Shown piece after piece: positions 23,101 to 36,279 of a DNA stretch of 64,000 nt; within the stretch, counting starts at the first letter, position 1, and the number at the start of each line of letters is the position of its first letter. The position numbers were made by a program, and so were the translations under genes. This DNA is from Azolla caroliniana (taxonomy: Eukaryota > Plantae > Polypodiophyta): contig JBHGNT010000010.1 in NCBI GenBank assembly GCA_043228905.1, positions 5,270,001-5,334,000 on the forward strand. Reading direction: 5' to 3'. The notes under the pieces are model-generated. The model made no database searches. It was not told the origin of the DNA and saw only the letters and a list, made by a program, of their open reading frames with translations.

Positions 23101-26100
23101 CCTCAAGCAAAATACGGATTGTTGTCTTCTTCACTACCGGAGCAAAGGTCGCTTCGTAGTCAATACCGTGTTTTTTGGCATAGCCCTTGGCCACCAATCG
23201 GGCCATGTATTAGGTGACGGAGCCATTGGCGTTGTATTTGACCTTGTACACCCACTGACATCTGATTGGATTCACACCCTTGGAGGCATCAAACAGGTCC
23301 CAAGTCTCATTCTCTGTTAACGCTCACATCTCTTCTTCCATAGCGGTCCCAGTTCGCATCCTTTGCCGCTTCTACATAGCTCTCCGGCTCAGGCACTTCC
23401 GCCACTTTAATCATGTACACATAGTGATGCGCCATGAACTCATTATATCTATACCTCTTTACAGGGTTCTTCTAGCTGGGAGATTGGCGTAACTTCTCAT
23501 TTGCTGATTTTAAGGCCCTCTTGGCCGACTCGAACTTCGTTTTCGAAGGTTCTTCTTCGTGCTTTCCGGAGGTGGATTCTGTCCAATCGGACTCATCTCT
23601 ACCGATGTCATATTCTGAAATCTTCTTCTTCCCCTTCTCCTTGCACATGAATCCTCTCCTCAGTTCCTTACGTGGGGAGAGCACGGTCGAGTCTCCACTA
23701 CTCGCTGCCTCGTTGTCCGACTGGTCATTCCGGTCCAATCTCTCATTCGGCCCACTTAGCCGGAATGAAATTAGACTCTTTTTCAGAGTACCGAATTCTT
23801 CTTCTTCTTCAGCCTCGATCGTTTCGGACTCACTGGCCTCATCTTCCGGAATCGGGTTGGAGTCGGGAGTTGGAGTCAGTAAAGAGTACCATCATGCATA
23901 ATCATCGAAGTCAACATCTCGGCTTACTCGAACTTGTTTTGTTCGGGTATTATAACACTTATAACCCTTCTGTTCGTGTGAGTAGCTGACCAATATGCAC
24001 TTCTCCGTTTCTCATCCCGTACATGCACATAGGCTATGCTACCAAAAATCCTAAGGTGCCTTAAATTTGTGGCTAACACCTTCTCCCCGATCCGGTTTTG
24101 GATGTAGACGGTCATCAGGACTGCCTCAGCCCAGTAGAACTTGGGCATGCTTTTCTCCACAAACATCGCCTGTGCTGCGTTGCGAATCAACTGGTTCTTC
24201 CGCTCGGCCACACCATTTTGTTCCGGTGTGTATTTGCAATTGAATTCTCTCCAAATTCCCTTATGTTGTAGATAATTGTTGAATTGGCCGGAAAAATACT
24301 CTTTTCCACCATCCGACCGCATGCCCTTGATCTTCGTTTCGGTTTCCCATTCGACAAGACTTTGTAAGTTCTAGAAACAATCGAAAACTTTGCGTTTCCT
24401 AGAAACAATCGAAAACTTTGATTAGGTAGATACTAGATCCACGTGTGTCGGTTGTAGTCGTCCATGAAGGAGACAAAATATCGACTCCCCCCAAGCCTGA
24501 CGTTCTGTGCCAGTCCCCCATACATCTGAATCTATTAAGTCGAGCTTGTTACGGCTTCAATTTCTTTCAGAGGGGAATGGAAGCCGATGTTACTTCCCGA
24601 GTTACCAGGCTTCACAAATTTGGGCCTTCTGGCCACTGAATTTTGGCAATCCGAATATAACCTGTTTCAATTGCAAGTCCTGAATCCTCCGGTAGTTGAT
24701 GTGCCCTATCCTCTTGTGCCAGAGTTCGATATCTGATTCGGTCTTCTGTCCCGTCCCGGCGGTGCCAATGTCGTTGGTGTGGAGGATAAATATCCTCTCG
24801 TCCCGGTGCCCTCACGTGATGACTTGACCCTATTCCTTGATGAAGCACCCTAGATGCATGAACCATACTTGCATCCTTTTGTCCACGATCTGTCCTTCGG
24901 ACACCAGGTTCTTTGTTATTGTCGGGACGTGCAACACGTTCATGAGCTTCCCTCTCGGTCCCGACATGATTAAGGGGAACTTCTCCGACATGCTCGATCA
25001 GGTGAGGAGTGTCGTCTTTGGTTTCGACAACTCTCGGTTGTTCCAGTTTCTCCAAGAATGAGAACCACTCTTCGTGGCTCGTCATGTGGTTTGATGTGCC
25101 GTAGTCAACATACCACACTTCCTCCGATCGGAAGTGGTCTTCTTCATCGAGTTCACCTTGTGCTTCATCACGAAGGTTGGCCCTTTCTCAGTCTTTCTGG
25201 TTCTGGATCCTTTCGATCCCTCTACATAGTGTGAACTTTGCCGGTCCCCTTGTCTGACCTTGCTAGATCTGGATTTGTCCGAATTGGTGTGCTTCTTCCA
25301 GCAGTCGCTCTCTCGGTGGCCTTCCTTGCCACAATACAAACATTCCGTTTTCGGCCTTCGATTGCTGGTTTCGGGCGCCGTTTTGACTCCCCTAGTTTGT
25401 GGAGGGTCCGGAAAGGTTGTCAACACTATCTCTATGCCTCTGATTCTGCTCTTGCCAGCCGCCATTGTTGCGTGCCGACCCACCTTGTCCTCCATGCCCA
25501 CAAGGTTGATCCGCCTCCATGTACAGCATCCGGATGTCCGTTTGGGTGGTCCTTGACCCACTTGCTTGGTTTTCCTCGACCATCAACATCGATTGTAGGT
25601 CGAAGAAGGACGATCGCTTCTCTAGGGTGCAAATTGCCGTCCGGATTGGCCCGTACCGTTGTGCTAGATCATCGAGACAGATTTGGACCATCTCGTGTTC
25701 GTCCTACGTCACTTTGATGGACCCGAGCTCATCACAGATCTCCTTTATCTTGGTGGTGTAATACATAACCGACATGTCTCTCTACCGGATGTTGTTGAGC
25801 TCTTGCCGGAGCTGCAACTTACGACCATGATACTTGCGACAAAAATCTTCTAGAAATTTTCCCAGCCTCGTTCAACGACTTTGCATCTCTGATGTAGCAA
25901 AGCATTTGATCATGCACATAGGACGCAAAGTAGTAAAGGACTCTGCTCGCTCCTTGCTCCCAGGCTGGTAAGTCCTTGTGTGCCAAATCCGGAGCTGCTA
26001 CATTTTCTCCTTCCACGTAGCTCTAGTATCCGTGCCCCCAGCAAGTACTCGTGCATTTTGTTCTTACTAGTGGTTAGGGTTTGTTTGTTTCGAGTAGTTG

Positions 26101-26556
26101 TCGGTAGTAGGGGTTCTCAACCCTTGCGCTTTGATACCATGTAAAAGTTAATATGCAGAAGCTTGTGGACAAACCGACTCTATAAACAAAATGAAGGTTA
26201 ATGCAAGCTTGAAAATATGCAGTACGCAGGAGAGACAAAGAGAGGAGAACATAAACTCGATTCAAAATAACAACCCTCTGTGCATACAAATGTCCTACAA
26301 AACACTTTTTATACAATTCCTTAAAAGGATTGACAGATATACTGACATGTACTTCAATGCTCATACGAGCGACTGACACTAACTCCAAGAAATATGCCTA
26401 TGTACTAGGCTAAAATTCGTAGGCCTCTAATGGCCTACCAATTCATACCGATCCGACTCTTGGTTCTGGATACCGATCCAACCCCGTCATTCCAGATATG
26501 ATCCGGCTCTGGCTTATGGAGTCGATTCGGATTCGGTTGATCTTGCCTGCTCAACA
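20170..26556 (-). mobile_element. Degenerate Ty1/copia element with 5' LTR (~26140-26556) and tRNA-Met PBS; 3' LTR missing
   Basis: PBS tggtatcaaag (~26129-26139), gag with CLYCGKEGHRESDC, PR WYVDYGTSNHMT, INT RSDGGKEY / TPEQNGVAER, RT LLYVDDL, RNase H, C-terminal extension. Confidence 0.9.
20849..22158. mobile_element. About 1.3-kb solo-LTR-like insertion in the copia RNase H, with internal tandem repeats
   Basis: TGTC...GACA termini; removal restores CEAIWLR|.LL; ~37-bp repeats tagggaaaattagggtttttgagtgttatggcttccg at ~21058-21240. TSD is decayed or unclear. Confidence 0.6.
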
Positions 26557-27936
26557 ATTATCTAATACATCAGGATCAAATTTTTTTGCTCTTACCTCAC
26601 ACCAACACTTCAGTTTACAAATATCATAGTGTGCAAGAGAAAAATAAATGGAAATATCAAATAAAATTTGTGATAGAATGATCCTTCAATTTCTCATAGT
26701 GTCTGCAATCAACAACCATGTTGGTGATGGTCTTTATAGGCTTCGTACATAAACTTGTGATTGACTTTCCGATTTTAAAGCAACTTTCAATTGGAGTTCC
26801 ATGTCAGATGCCAATTTGTTCCCCTACCATAATAACCACTTGAGCTCACTTTATACCATTTTGGAGCTCCTCCACCGAATAAAAATAGTAATGTCTCATT
26901 TAATATGAACCTATCCTTATCTTACAAAATGACCTCTAAAGATGTCCATATCCACTTCATTGCTATCACTTTCTTAGTAATCCCTTCAAAGATTCGAACA
27001 AGGTTCTAAGCCTTGACCTTATTAGTTTAAGTTGTTAACTCTTGTCAATCTATCTTTTATTTTTCTTTAAACTCATTATATGTCCTCTTAGTTACATTTT
27101 CAACCAAACCCTTAATCTTTTGTACACTTGGATTGCAACACATTTCTCTCATTGTACATGACACGTCACAACAATGGGACTTGGCACATGAACCCAAATT
27201 TTGAGTGTTTGGCATTGTACACCTAGGGCCTTCATGCAATGGTCGATGAGGTCTAGGTGCCATATTCTAATTGCCAAGTTCATTTATAATCTAAAGGGAT
27301 TCCCATTCATTAAACCCTAAAATCATTATGAAGAACGAGCAGGTCCAATATAGTAATTGCTTTATGATAAAAAAAGAATTAAATTTGTACCCCTAGATTT
27401 TGATGTTTTGGAGCCTTTCCAAATGGGTGACACAAAAACTTGAAAGAGGAACGAAATACAATAAGATTCTCTTCAACACTAGAAACAAAAGTGAGGAATG
27501 AAGACACAATAAGGCTCGCCTCGTGGATCATGGAAATAGAGGTAGAAGAAGGAGTACCCAAAAACCTACACATCAGTACTATTGCTACTAGTTTTGCAAG
27601 CAACTCTACACTAGAGCCAAAACTTTACATTCACCTCCAATGCATGATGCCAAGTGTAGGATTCACATCTAGGATGCACTTTCGTCACATTTTCTTCACC
27701 CAAACCTATTCAGTCATTTCTTGGTTTTAACCCTTCACACACACAACCTAGTACATAAGAACATTAAAAAAACTTCCTCAAAACACTTGTACATATAGCA
27801 CAATTGTGCAAATTCAAATCCTTGTGTGTATAGCTTAGCACTTGCTCTTTTTTTACATTCCAATCCATTTAATCATCGAATACAAGCTCGCCCATTTCAC
27901 ACATACAATTTGCACCTACAAATGCATCCACATAAG

Positions 27937-30900
27937 TGTTGGGAGACAGGTCCCTCCGGATGGGAAGGGAGAAGAACAGTGCCGATGAACAAACTCGGCC
28001 AAGGCCGACAGGCCGAGGCCGAAACCGTATGAGGAGGACCCGGCTACGGAGAGCCGCATGGTGCAGGCCCGGTATGAACCGGATGAGGAGTACCCGGCTA
28101 CAGAGAACCGGATGGTACAGACCCGGTGAAGACCGGATGAGGAGTACCCAGCTACGGAGTGCCGGATGATGCAGACCCGGTGAAGACCGGATGAGGAGTA
28201 CCCGGCTACGGAGAGCCGGATGAGGAGTACCCGGCTACGTAGAACCGGATGATACAGACCCGGTGAGAACCAGACGAAGAGACATATTCGTAAATATGTT
28301 TCTGAGAGTCCATCGAGGCTATATTTGTAAATAGCCTAAAAGTCATATTAGTATAAATATGACTTAGGGAAAACTTTTAGTTACTGTTGTTGTTGTCATT
28401 CTTGTTGGTGCAAGAATATAGAGCGTGCGTGACTGTACAGAGAGAGAGAAAAAGAGGTCATTGCCTCTGTTGTAGGCGCCGCCTGTGGCAAAGATCTGTG
28501 AGCACGAGGTCGGTGCCTCAGTGAACTCAGTGTTGTACATTTTTCATCATAGTGATAGTTTGCAGCCTGTGGGCTGCTGTGGTTTTTCCCCTAGTTTGGG
28601 GTTTTCCACGTAAACCTCCTGTGTATCCTCCTCTCCTTTGTGTCGTGTTTTATTTCTCGTTTTCTGTGTATCATTCTAAGCTCGGTTGTGGCCGAGTGTC
28701 GCGCGTAAGGAACGTTGTGTTCCCGTCAAGTGGTATCAGAGCGAAATCGACACAGAAAAATGGACGAATCGTTTGGCGGCTTGTTCAAGCTCACCGGCTC
28801 CAACTATTCAGTGCGGAAGTCGAAGATGAGAGACATGCTCGTGGTTAAAGATCTTTGGCTACCGGTTTAGTTTGGGGACAAGAGACCGGACAAGATCGAC
28901 GCCACAATATGGGAGGTGATGCACATGAAGACAACGACGTACATACGGTGCTTCATCGACATGAGCCTGTACAACAACTTCAAGGAAGAGAGCAAGGCTC
29001 ATGAGCTCTGGGAGAAGATCGGCATAATGTTCCAGAACAAAAACGTTGTCAATCAGGTGTCGGTATTCTGGAAGCTAGTAAGACTCCGGTACCAAGATGG
29101 CTCCAGCATGGCGGAGCACATGAATGCCTTCCAGGGGCTGATACACCAGGCAACGTCATTGGAAGTACCTCTTGCCGATGAGGTACTAGCGCTACTCCTG
29201 CTCGGTTCCCTCCCGGATAGTTGGGAGACGTTGGTTGTCACTTTGGGCAACGCCGGGCCGGAAGGAAAACGGTTATCCCTAGCAAGAGTAAAGTCGAGCT
29301 TGCTAGATGAGGAGGCGCGTCGGAAAGACAAAGATATGAGCTCCGACTCCAAAGCGCTTCTTACCGAATCGGAACGCGGAAGACAGAGAAACCGTAGTCC
29401 CCAGATCCGGGAGAAGTCGGGGACACGGTTAAAGTCAAGGGGGAGGCCTACTTGCTTCTATTGCGGCAAGCCGGGACACTTCCAAAAGAACTGTAGGCAT
29501 TTCCGTAAAGACAAGGAAACTGACGGTACCGATTTGAAGCAAACCCCGGACCGGAACGGTAAAGACCGGAACGGTAAAGACCGGAGGGGGCCGGACCGGA
29601 AGGGAACGACGGCTATCGCGGCAAGTGAAGAAGAGTTGATGCTCATCACCGAGGAGTGTGAGATAAACCTTGCCGGCGACGAGATGACCTGGGTGGTAGA
29701 CTCCGGAGCATCGTTCCAGCTTACCCCGGACCGGAATGCTTCTCATCCTACTCAGCCGGTGATCACGACTGTGTCCGGATGGGGAATGAAGGAACATGCC
29801 GAATTGTCGGCATAGGAGACGTGTGGCTGTCAACACCAACCGGATGCAAGTTGCTGCTAAAGGATGTCCGACACGTTCCGGAAGTTCGTCTGAACCTGAT
29901 ATCAGCCGGTCGGCTAGATGATGAAGGCTACACGGGTAGCATCCGGAATGGTGTCATGAAGTTCAGCAAAGGGAGCCTGATTGTGGCTCGGGCCCGGAAG
30001 GTAAACACATTGTACCTGATGAAAGCCCGGTTATGTCCGGAAGAAGTGAACGTGGCATCCAACACTGCCGGTGAGTTGTGGCACAAGAGACTGTGTCATA
30101 TGAGCGAGAAGGGGATGAAGAGGCTTGCAGACGACAACCTCATTCCAGTGAAGAACGTGCACTTAGAGAAGTGCACTGATTGTCTAGCCGGTAAGCAGAA
30201 CCGGACCTCCTCCCGACCAAGGCCACCGATGAGACGTAATGCACCACTGGAGTTGGTGCATACAGATGTGTGTCAAGTAGACACGGAGTCACATGCCGGA
30301 GCGCAGTACTTCGTGACCTTCATAGATGACCACAGCCGGAAGCTGTGGGCCACACCGTTGAAGACAAAGGATCAGGTGTTATCCGTCTTCAAAGACCTCC
30401 ACGCGAGAGTGGAAAGAGAAACCGGCCGGAAGCTGAAGGCGGTTCGAGCAGATAACGGAGGAGAATACCGGGGGTAGTTCGAGGAGTACTGCCGCTCGAA
30501 GGGAATCCGGCTCGAATTTACCGTGCCGAAGACGCCGGAACTAAACGGATTGGCCGAGAGGATGAACCGGACCATAATGGAGAGGGTCTGGAGTATGCTA
30601 GCACATGCAAAACTACCCAAGAAGTTTTGGGCTGAGGCACTGTCGACGGCGACATACGTGATAAATAGATCAGCCTCAGTACCCTTGGATGGAGACACGC
30701 CATAAAGAGTGTGGACCGGTAAGGAAGTATCCTACCGGCATCTGAAGGTGTTCGGGTGTCTCGCGTACGTGCATGTAGCTAAGGACCGGAGAGGAAAGTT
30801 AGATCCAAAGACCCGGCCATGCATATTCCTCGGTTACGGTGACGATGAGTTAGGCTACCGAGTGTGGGACCCGGTCGACAAGAAGGTATTCCGGAGTCGA

Positions 30901-33477
30901 GATATTATCTTCATGGAGGACAAGACGCTCGCCGACTGGGAGTCGGAGAAGAAGATAATGAACTCCGAGTCGACTGGTAAGGAACGACTCTACATGAGCA
31001 GACCCAACTGGCAAGAGACCGGTTAGCACTCGAGGAACCAGCCGGTGACGGTGAGGATACCGAACGGGCAGAAGAAGAAGTAGAGGAAGCTGAGACCGGA
31101 ACCGGCCATGACCCCGAATCGGATTCGGATGAAGAGCAAATGGAGGAGCCGGTTACCGAAGCCCGAAGACGTAGATATGCTCTCAGAGAGAGAAGGGCGA
31201 CCCGGAGATTTCCGGATGCAGAGCATGTTCTGCTGACCGATGAGGGGGAGCCGGAAAGCTTCAAAGAAGTGAAGGATGACACCCACAGCCGAAAATGGTT
31301 AAGTGCCATGCAGGACGAGATGGATTCCCTGCATGAGAACCATACGTACGAATTGGTGGAGTTGCCGAAAGGAAAGCGGGCACTCCGAAACAAGTGGGTG
31401 TACAAGTTGAAACCGGGAGATGCCGGCAACCCCCCGAGATACAAAGCCAGGATCGTGGTGAAGGGGTTCCAGCAGAAAAAGGGCGTGGACTTCGACGAGA
31501 TATTTGCCCCGGTAGTAAAGATGACCTCCATCCGGACGGTGCTGAGTATAACAGCAAGCATGGACCTCGAGGTAGAGCAGCTGGACGTGAAGACGACATT
31601 CCTTCACGGCGACCTCGAAGAGGAGATCTACATGCAGCAACCGGAAGGTTTCGTGGAGAAAGGGAAGGAGCACCTGGTATGCCGGTTGAAGAAGAGCCTG
31701 TACGGACTGAAGCAGGCTCCCCGACAATGGTACCGGAAGTTCGATTCCTTCATGACCAATCAAGGGTAACACAAGACGCAGGCCGATCACTGCGTGTTTG
31801 TGAAGATGTTCGAAGGAGGAGACTTCCTGATACTCCTTCTGTACGTGGATGACATGTTGATCGTCGGACGTGACCAAGTCAAAATATGGATGCTGAAGAA
31901 GGCTCTCAACCGGACCTTCTCAATGAAAGACTTGGGTCTGGCAAGACCGATGTTGGGGATGCACATCATCCGGAACCGGTCAGCGAAGCAATTATGGCTG
32001 TCACAGGAGAAGTATGTGACAAAGGTGCTTCACCGGTTCAACATGTCAGATGTGAAACCGGTCGGATCGACACTTCCGGCAAACTACAAGTTATCCGGCA
32101 AGCAAAGCCCGAAGACGAAAGCAGAGAAGGCGGATATGATGAAGATTCCATATGCCTCTGCCGTCGGGAGCTTGATGTACGCAATGGTTTGTACTCGACC
32201 GGATATAGGATACGCAGTCGGAGTGGTGAGCCGGTTCATGAGTAATCCCGACAAGGAGCACTCGAACGCGGTCAAATGGATACTCCGATATTTGAAGGGC
32301 TCCGGAAAACCTCAACTGGACGGTTTCACCGATTCGGACATGTCGGCTGATGTGGATACCAGCCGGTCTACATCCGGGTATGTAATGACATATGCAGGGG
32401 GAGCTATTTCGTGGCAGTCGAGGCTGCAGAAGACGGTTGCATTGTCAACCACGGAGGCGGAGTACATGGCGACTGTGGAGGCCGGCAAGGAAATATTATG
32501 GATGAAGGACTTCATTGGAGAGCTCGGTATCCGGCAAGAGGAATACCGACTCTACTGCGACAGTCAAAGTGCCATCCAGCTTGTTAAGAATGCGGCCTAC
32601 CATTCCCGGACGAAGCATATCCAACGGAGGTATCACTGGATCCGGGAAAGAGTAGATGACCAGGAGTTCGCACTGATGAAGATCCACACGGCCGAGAACG
32701 GGTCAGATATGCTGACCAAAGTGCTGACACCCGACAAGCTGGACACATGCCGGAAGAGGATCAGACTGGTAAGACACCCCATGCCGGAGTGAAGGGGGAG
32801 TTTGTTGGGAGACAGGTCCCTCCGAAACCGTATGAGGAGGACCCGACTACGGAGAGCCGGATGGTGCAGGCCCGGTATGAACCGGATGAGGAGTACCCGG
32901 CTACAGAGAACCGGATGGTACAAACCCGGTGAAGACCGGATGAGGAGTACCCGGCTACGGAGAGCCGGATGAGGAGTACCCGGCTACGGAGAACCGGATG
33001 GTACAGACCCGGTGAGAACCGGACGAAGAGACATATTCGTAAATATGTTTCTGAGAGTCCATCGAGGCTATATTTGTAAATAGCCTAAAAGTCATATTAG
33101 TATAAATATGACTTAGGGCAAACTTTTAGTTACTGTTGTTGTTGTCATTCTTGTTGGTGCAAGAATATAGAGCGTGCGTGACTGTACAGAGAGAGAGAAA
33201 AAGAGGTCGTTGCCTCTATTGTAACCGCCGCCTGTGGCAAAGATCTGTGAGCACGAGGTCGGTGCCTCAGTGAACTCAGTGTTGTACATTTTTCATCATA
33301 GTGATAGTTTGCAGCCTGTGGGCTACCGTGGTTTTTCCCCTAGTTTGGGGTTTTCCACGTAAACCTCCTGTGTATCCTCCTCTCCTTTGTGTCGTGTTTT
33401 ATTTCTCGTTTTTTTTGTATCATTCTAAGCTCGGTTGTGGCCGAGCGTCGCGCATAAGGAACGTTGTGTTCCCGTCA
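27937..33477 (+). mobile_element. Full-length but defective Ty1/copia element (Tnt1/Tork-like)
   Basis: LTRs 27937-28728 and 32803-33477, TSD ATAAG, PBS tggtatcagagc (28731), PPT gaagggggag; gag-PR-INT-RT-RH from ATG 28760 to 32792, broken by several stops and frameshifts. Confidence 0.96.
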
Positions 33478-34707
33478 ATAAGTTAGGAGTGGAAAGCTCA
33501 TTAGAAAAACTATTACATTTTGGCAGTTACACAAATTCGCACAATCTTTCATCAATAGTTCTATCTTCCCTAGCTTAGGTAACTAGTAATCATGTCAACA
33601 TCCACACCCTCATGTTCTAGTACCTCCATAGGCAAATGTAAATTTGGAATTCACACATCTCCATTGGTTGAGGATATGTTCCATTGGTATCTGTGGAAGT
33701 CTTTTTAGAATTCAAGCTATTGAACACTAGAAGAATATAAGGTATGGAGCATTCACATTTGGAGTGTAAGAACACGAACCAAGATCTTAAGGAGAAGTCA
33801 AAGTAAAAGCAAGAGATATGGAGAAAAGTAAAAGGAGAAAAAAACAGCGAGACATTTGAAACAGGTAAAATATGTCGCATTCCCTTTTCGATAATTATGT
33901 GAGATGTCAAGAATTACCTTTTCTTAACAAACTTTTAAGAACATATACACCACATGCGTACATGATTGTTAAAGACACCGCTAAAATATATAGTAAATAT
34001 TTCTGAGATTAAAAATTTAATCAACATTTGTTCAATCTATAATAAATTTATCCAATTCTTAGTGAAGCTGACGGGAATGTATGCAATTATAATTGTAATA
34101 TGCTTCATGGTACAAAATGTTAAATTCGAATCCAACTTAACAATTTTTGAAGTGCAATTATGTTTGTATATTTGTCTCTAAAACTTATAAAGATCGATCT
34201 GTCGAGTTTGTAAATACGGTTTAAGGATATAATTAGAAAAATTTTCGTAAAAGAAAATCTCAAGAGATATCACATATCAAAATAAACCATGAGGAAAATT
34301 ATATGTCAATCATGTGAACAAACGCGAACACATAATCATATGAGCAACCATTTTGCCTCAATATGAATGTGTTTACTTGAAAATAGTTTACCAAGAATTA
34401 TGACAACATAAATCATATTAATAGGATACCAAATATACTTAAACACTAAGTTCAATTATATTGATCGAGAAACAATAATATCCAACATTTGTCATACAAT
34501 CGATAAGTTAAAAGCATATTTTCAATGGAAATTATACTTAACCATATACTCTACAAGTCAACATTTGTAACATATGATAGACACATTTAGTTAGAGACAC
34601 TAATAGGATAGAGTAAAGAAAAAATGTTACTCGAAGATTATACTCAAACTAAAAGTTCTTACAATTAAAAATAATGTGTCAATTACAAATACAAAGCAAT
34701 CTACAAT

Positions 34708-36190
34708 TCATTTCATTAAAAAATCTGGAATTGACTGCTCTCCAAGATCAGTTGGCTCTTGTGTCATATCCGCCTTGTCCTCTTCTATCTGCTCAACTGA
34801 ATCTTGTATTTGTTCGGATTGTAGTACATCCTCGAGGTCGACAAGGTTCCCTCTTTCAACTATAGGTTCCATCGGTTCTCTGGAGGTAAACTAAAACATC
34901 TCAGTTTCATTAATATGCTTTGCCCCAACCTCTTGGTCTTGGTCGGGACAATCCCAGATACCTTGGATCCTCATTTTAATAAAATTAACTTGTGTAGGGT
35001 CCTTCTCCAAGGCGACATAGTTCCAAAATTCTTTAAAGCACACACAATCGTTGTTCTTGAATAATCAATCGTAATTGCGTAAGTGAGAAATAAAGTCAAG
35101 AAAATCAATTTTATTTTAAGATAAATTGATCATGCTCATAAGCATACTTGTTCCACAGAATAAGTCAACCACCCAATCATAAGGGTTAGAAAAAAGATCG
35201 ATCAATCTATTAATTAAACATTGGGGCTTTTGGTATGAGTTCACTTGGGTTTTGTCACAAGAAACATAGTGCAACTTCTTCGTCACAACTGGGCACATGA
35301 TATAATTATCGATGTTTCGCTCATTCACATGTGCCCAAACCTTCTTCTTAGAAATTGCGCCGTAGTACCTCACGCACAAATCCTCAACAATGCTCACCAT
35401 TTGATCGCCCGGGGTATGAGTTATATTCATTTAAACCCTATTTGTAATGGAATGGAAATAAGTCAATATCATAAAATGTTCTATATAGTAAGTGCAATTG
35501 AAACCATATATAAAATATATAACAACTTAAAGCTTACCAATGCACGTGTTTAGTTGTAGTAGTGACCGATAAAGACTGACGCATACTATGAAATATTACT
35601 ATTTGCCACAAGGGAGCCAAGGTAAGCTCAGCGAAGTCCTTCACCATCTTTACTATTTGAGGATATTTATATGGCAAACCGTCATATGTGGATCCCGTTA
35701 TTCAAAATCCATATGTTATATCCGCGATGAGCAATGTATAATGCCTCTTGGGTAATATATCAAGCATATTACCCACATCATCATTATATACACTATAGTA
35801 CAATTGTCTGAAAGAATCACTTTTGTGCAAAAAACTCTTGACTGTATCCGAGTCTTTAGTCACTGCTAGCTCCTTTCCTTTTGTCATTTGCTTTTCATAT
35901 TTCGCTTGTTCCAAATGAGTGATGAATGTGCTTGGTATGCCTTCATTACTATCACACAGTTTCTTCGAGCGAGGTGGTTTCTGCAATTACAAGATTTACA
36001 AGAAAATGTGCATTATCCTAAAATCAACTAAAAGATATAAACACACATACCCATTCTCTAAACAAAATGAATAATTCTTCAAGAGCCTTGTATGATGATG
36101 TTTTTGGGCACGATTGCTTCATTTCTTCCCACGTAGGTAGGGACATTTTTTTCATCATTAGCTCTTGTATCTTCATGTAAACCTTATGGC
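34708..36190 (-). pseudogene. Intron-containing beta-class DNA amino-methyltransferase (N4-C/N6-A, N6_N4_Mtase-like), pseudogenised. Exons ~36189-36051, 35980-35538, 35437-35148, 35056-34708
   Basis: Spliced translation: YNDDVGNMLDILPKRHYTLLIADITYGF (motif IV, DPPY-like) ... HW|V(K)xN...VE ... YQKPQCLINRLIDLFSNPYDWVVDLFCGT(G)TTIVCALKN..N.VALEKDPTQVNFIKMRI (motifs X, I, II). The IV-before-I order is beta class. Lesions: in-frame stops, one frameshift, one AG>AA acceptor. Confidence 0.85.
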
Positions 36191-36279
36191 TATAAAACAT
36201 TACACATAAAGGTCAAAATCAAGAGTAAATTAACAAAACAGTCCAAACAAAAACAATAATAGAAAAAGACTAGTCACTT

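Noticed and set aside
24369-24421. Short tandem duplication (ctagaaacaatcgaaaactttg x2)
   Set aside because: Local repair or slippage lesion in a dead integrase; no sign of function.
34708-36190. Bacterial contamination or an R-M operon as the source of the MTase
   Set aside because: Motifs are split by spliceosomal-type introns, the gene is decayed and embedded among plant retroelements, and no endonuclease partner is visible.
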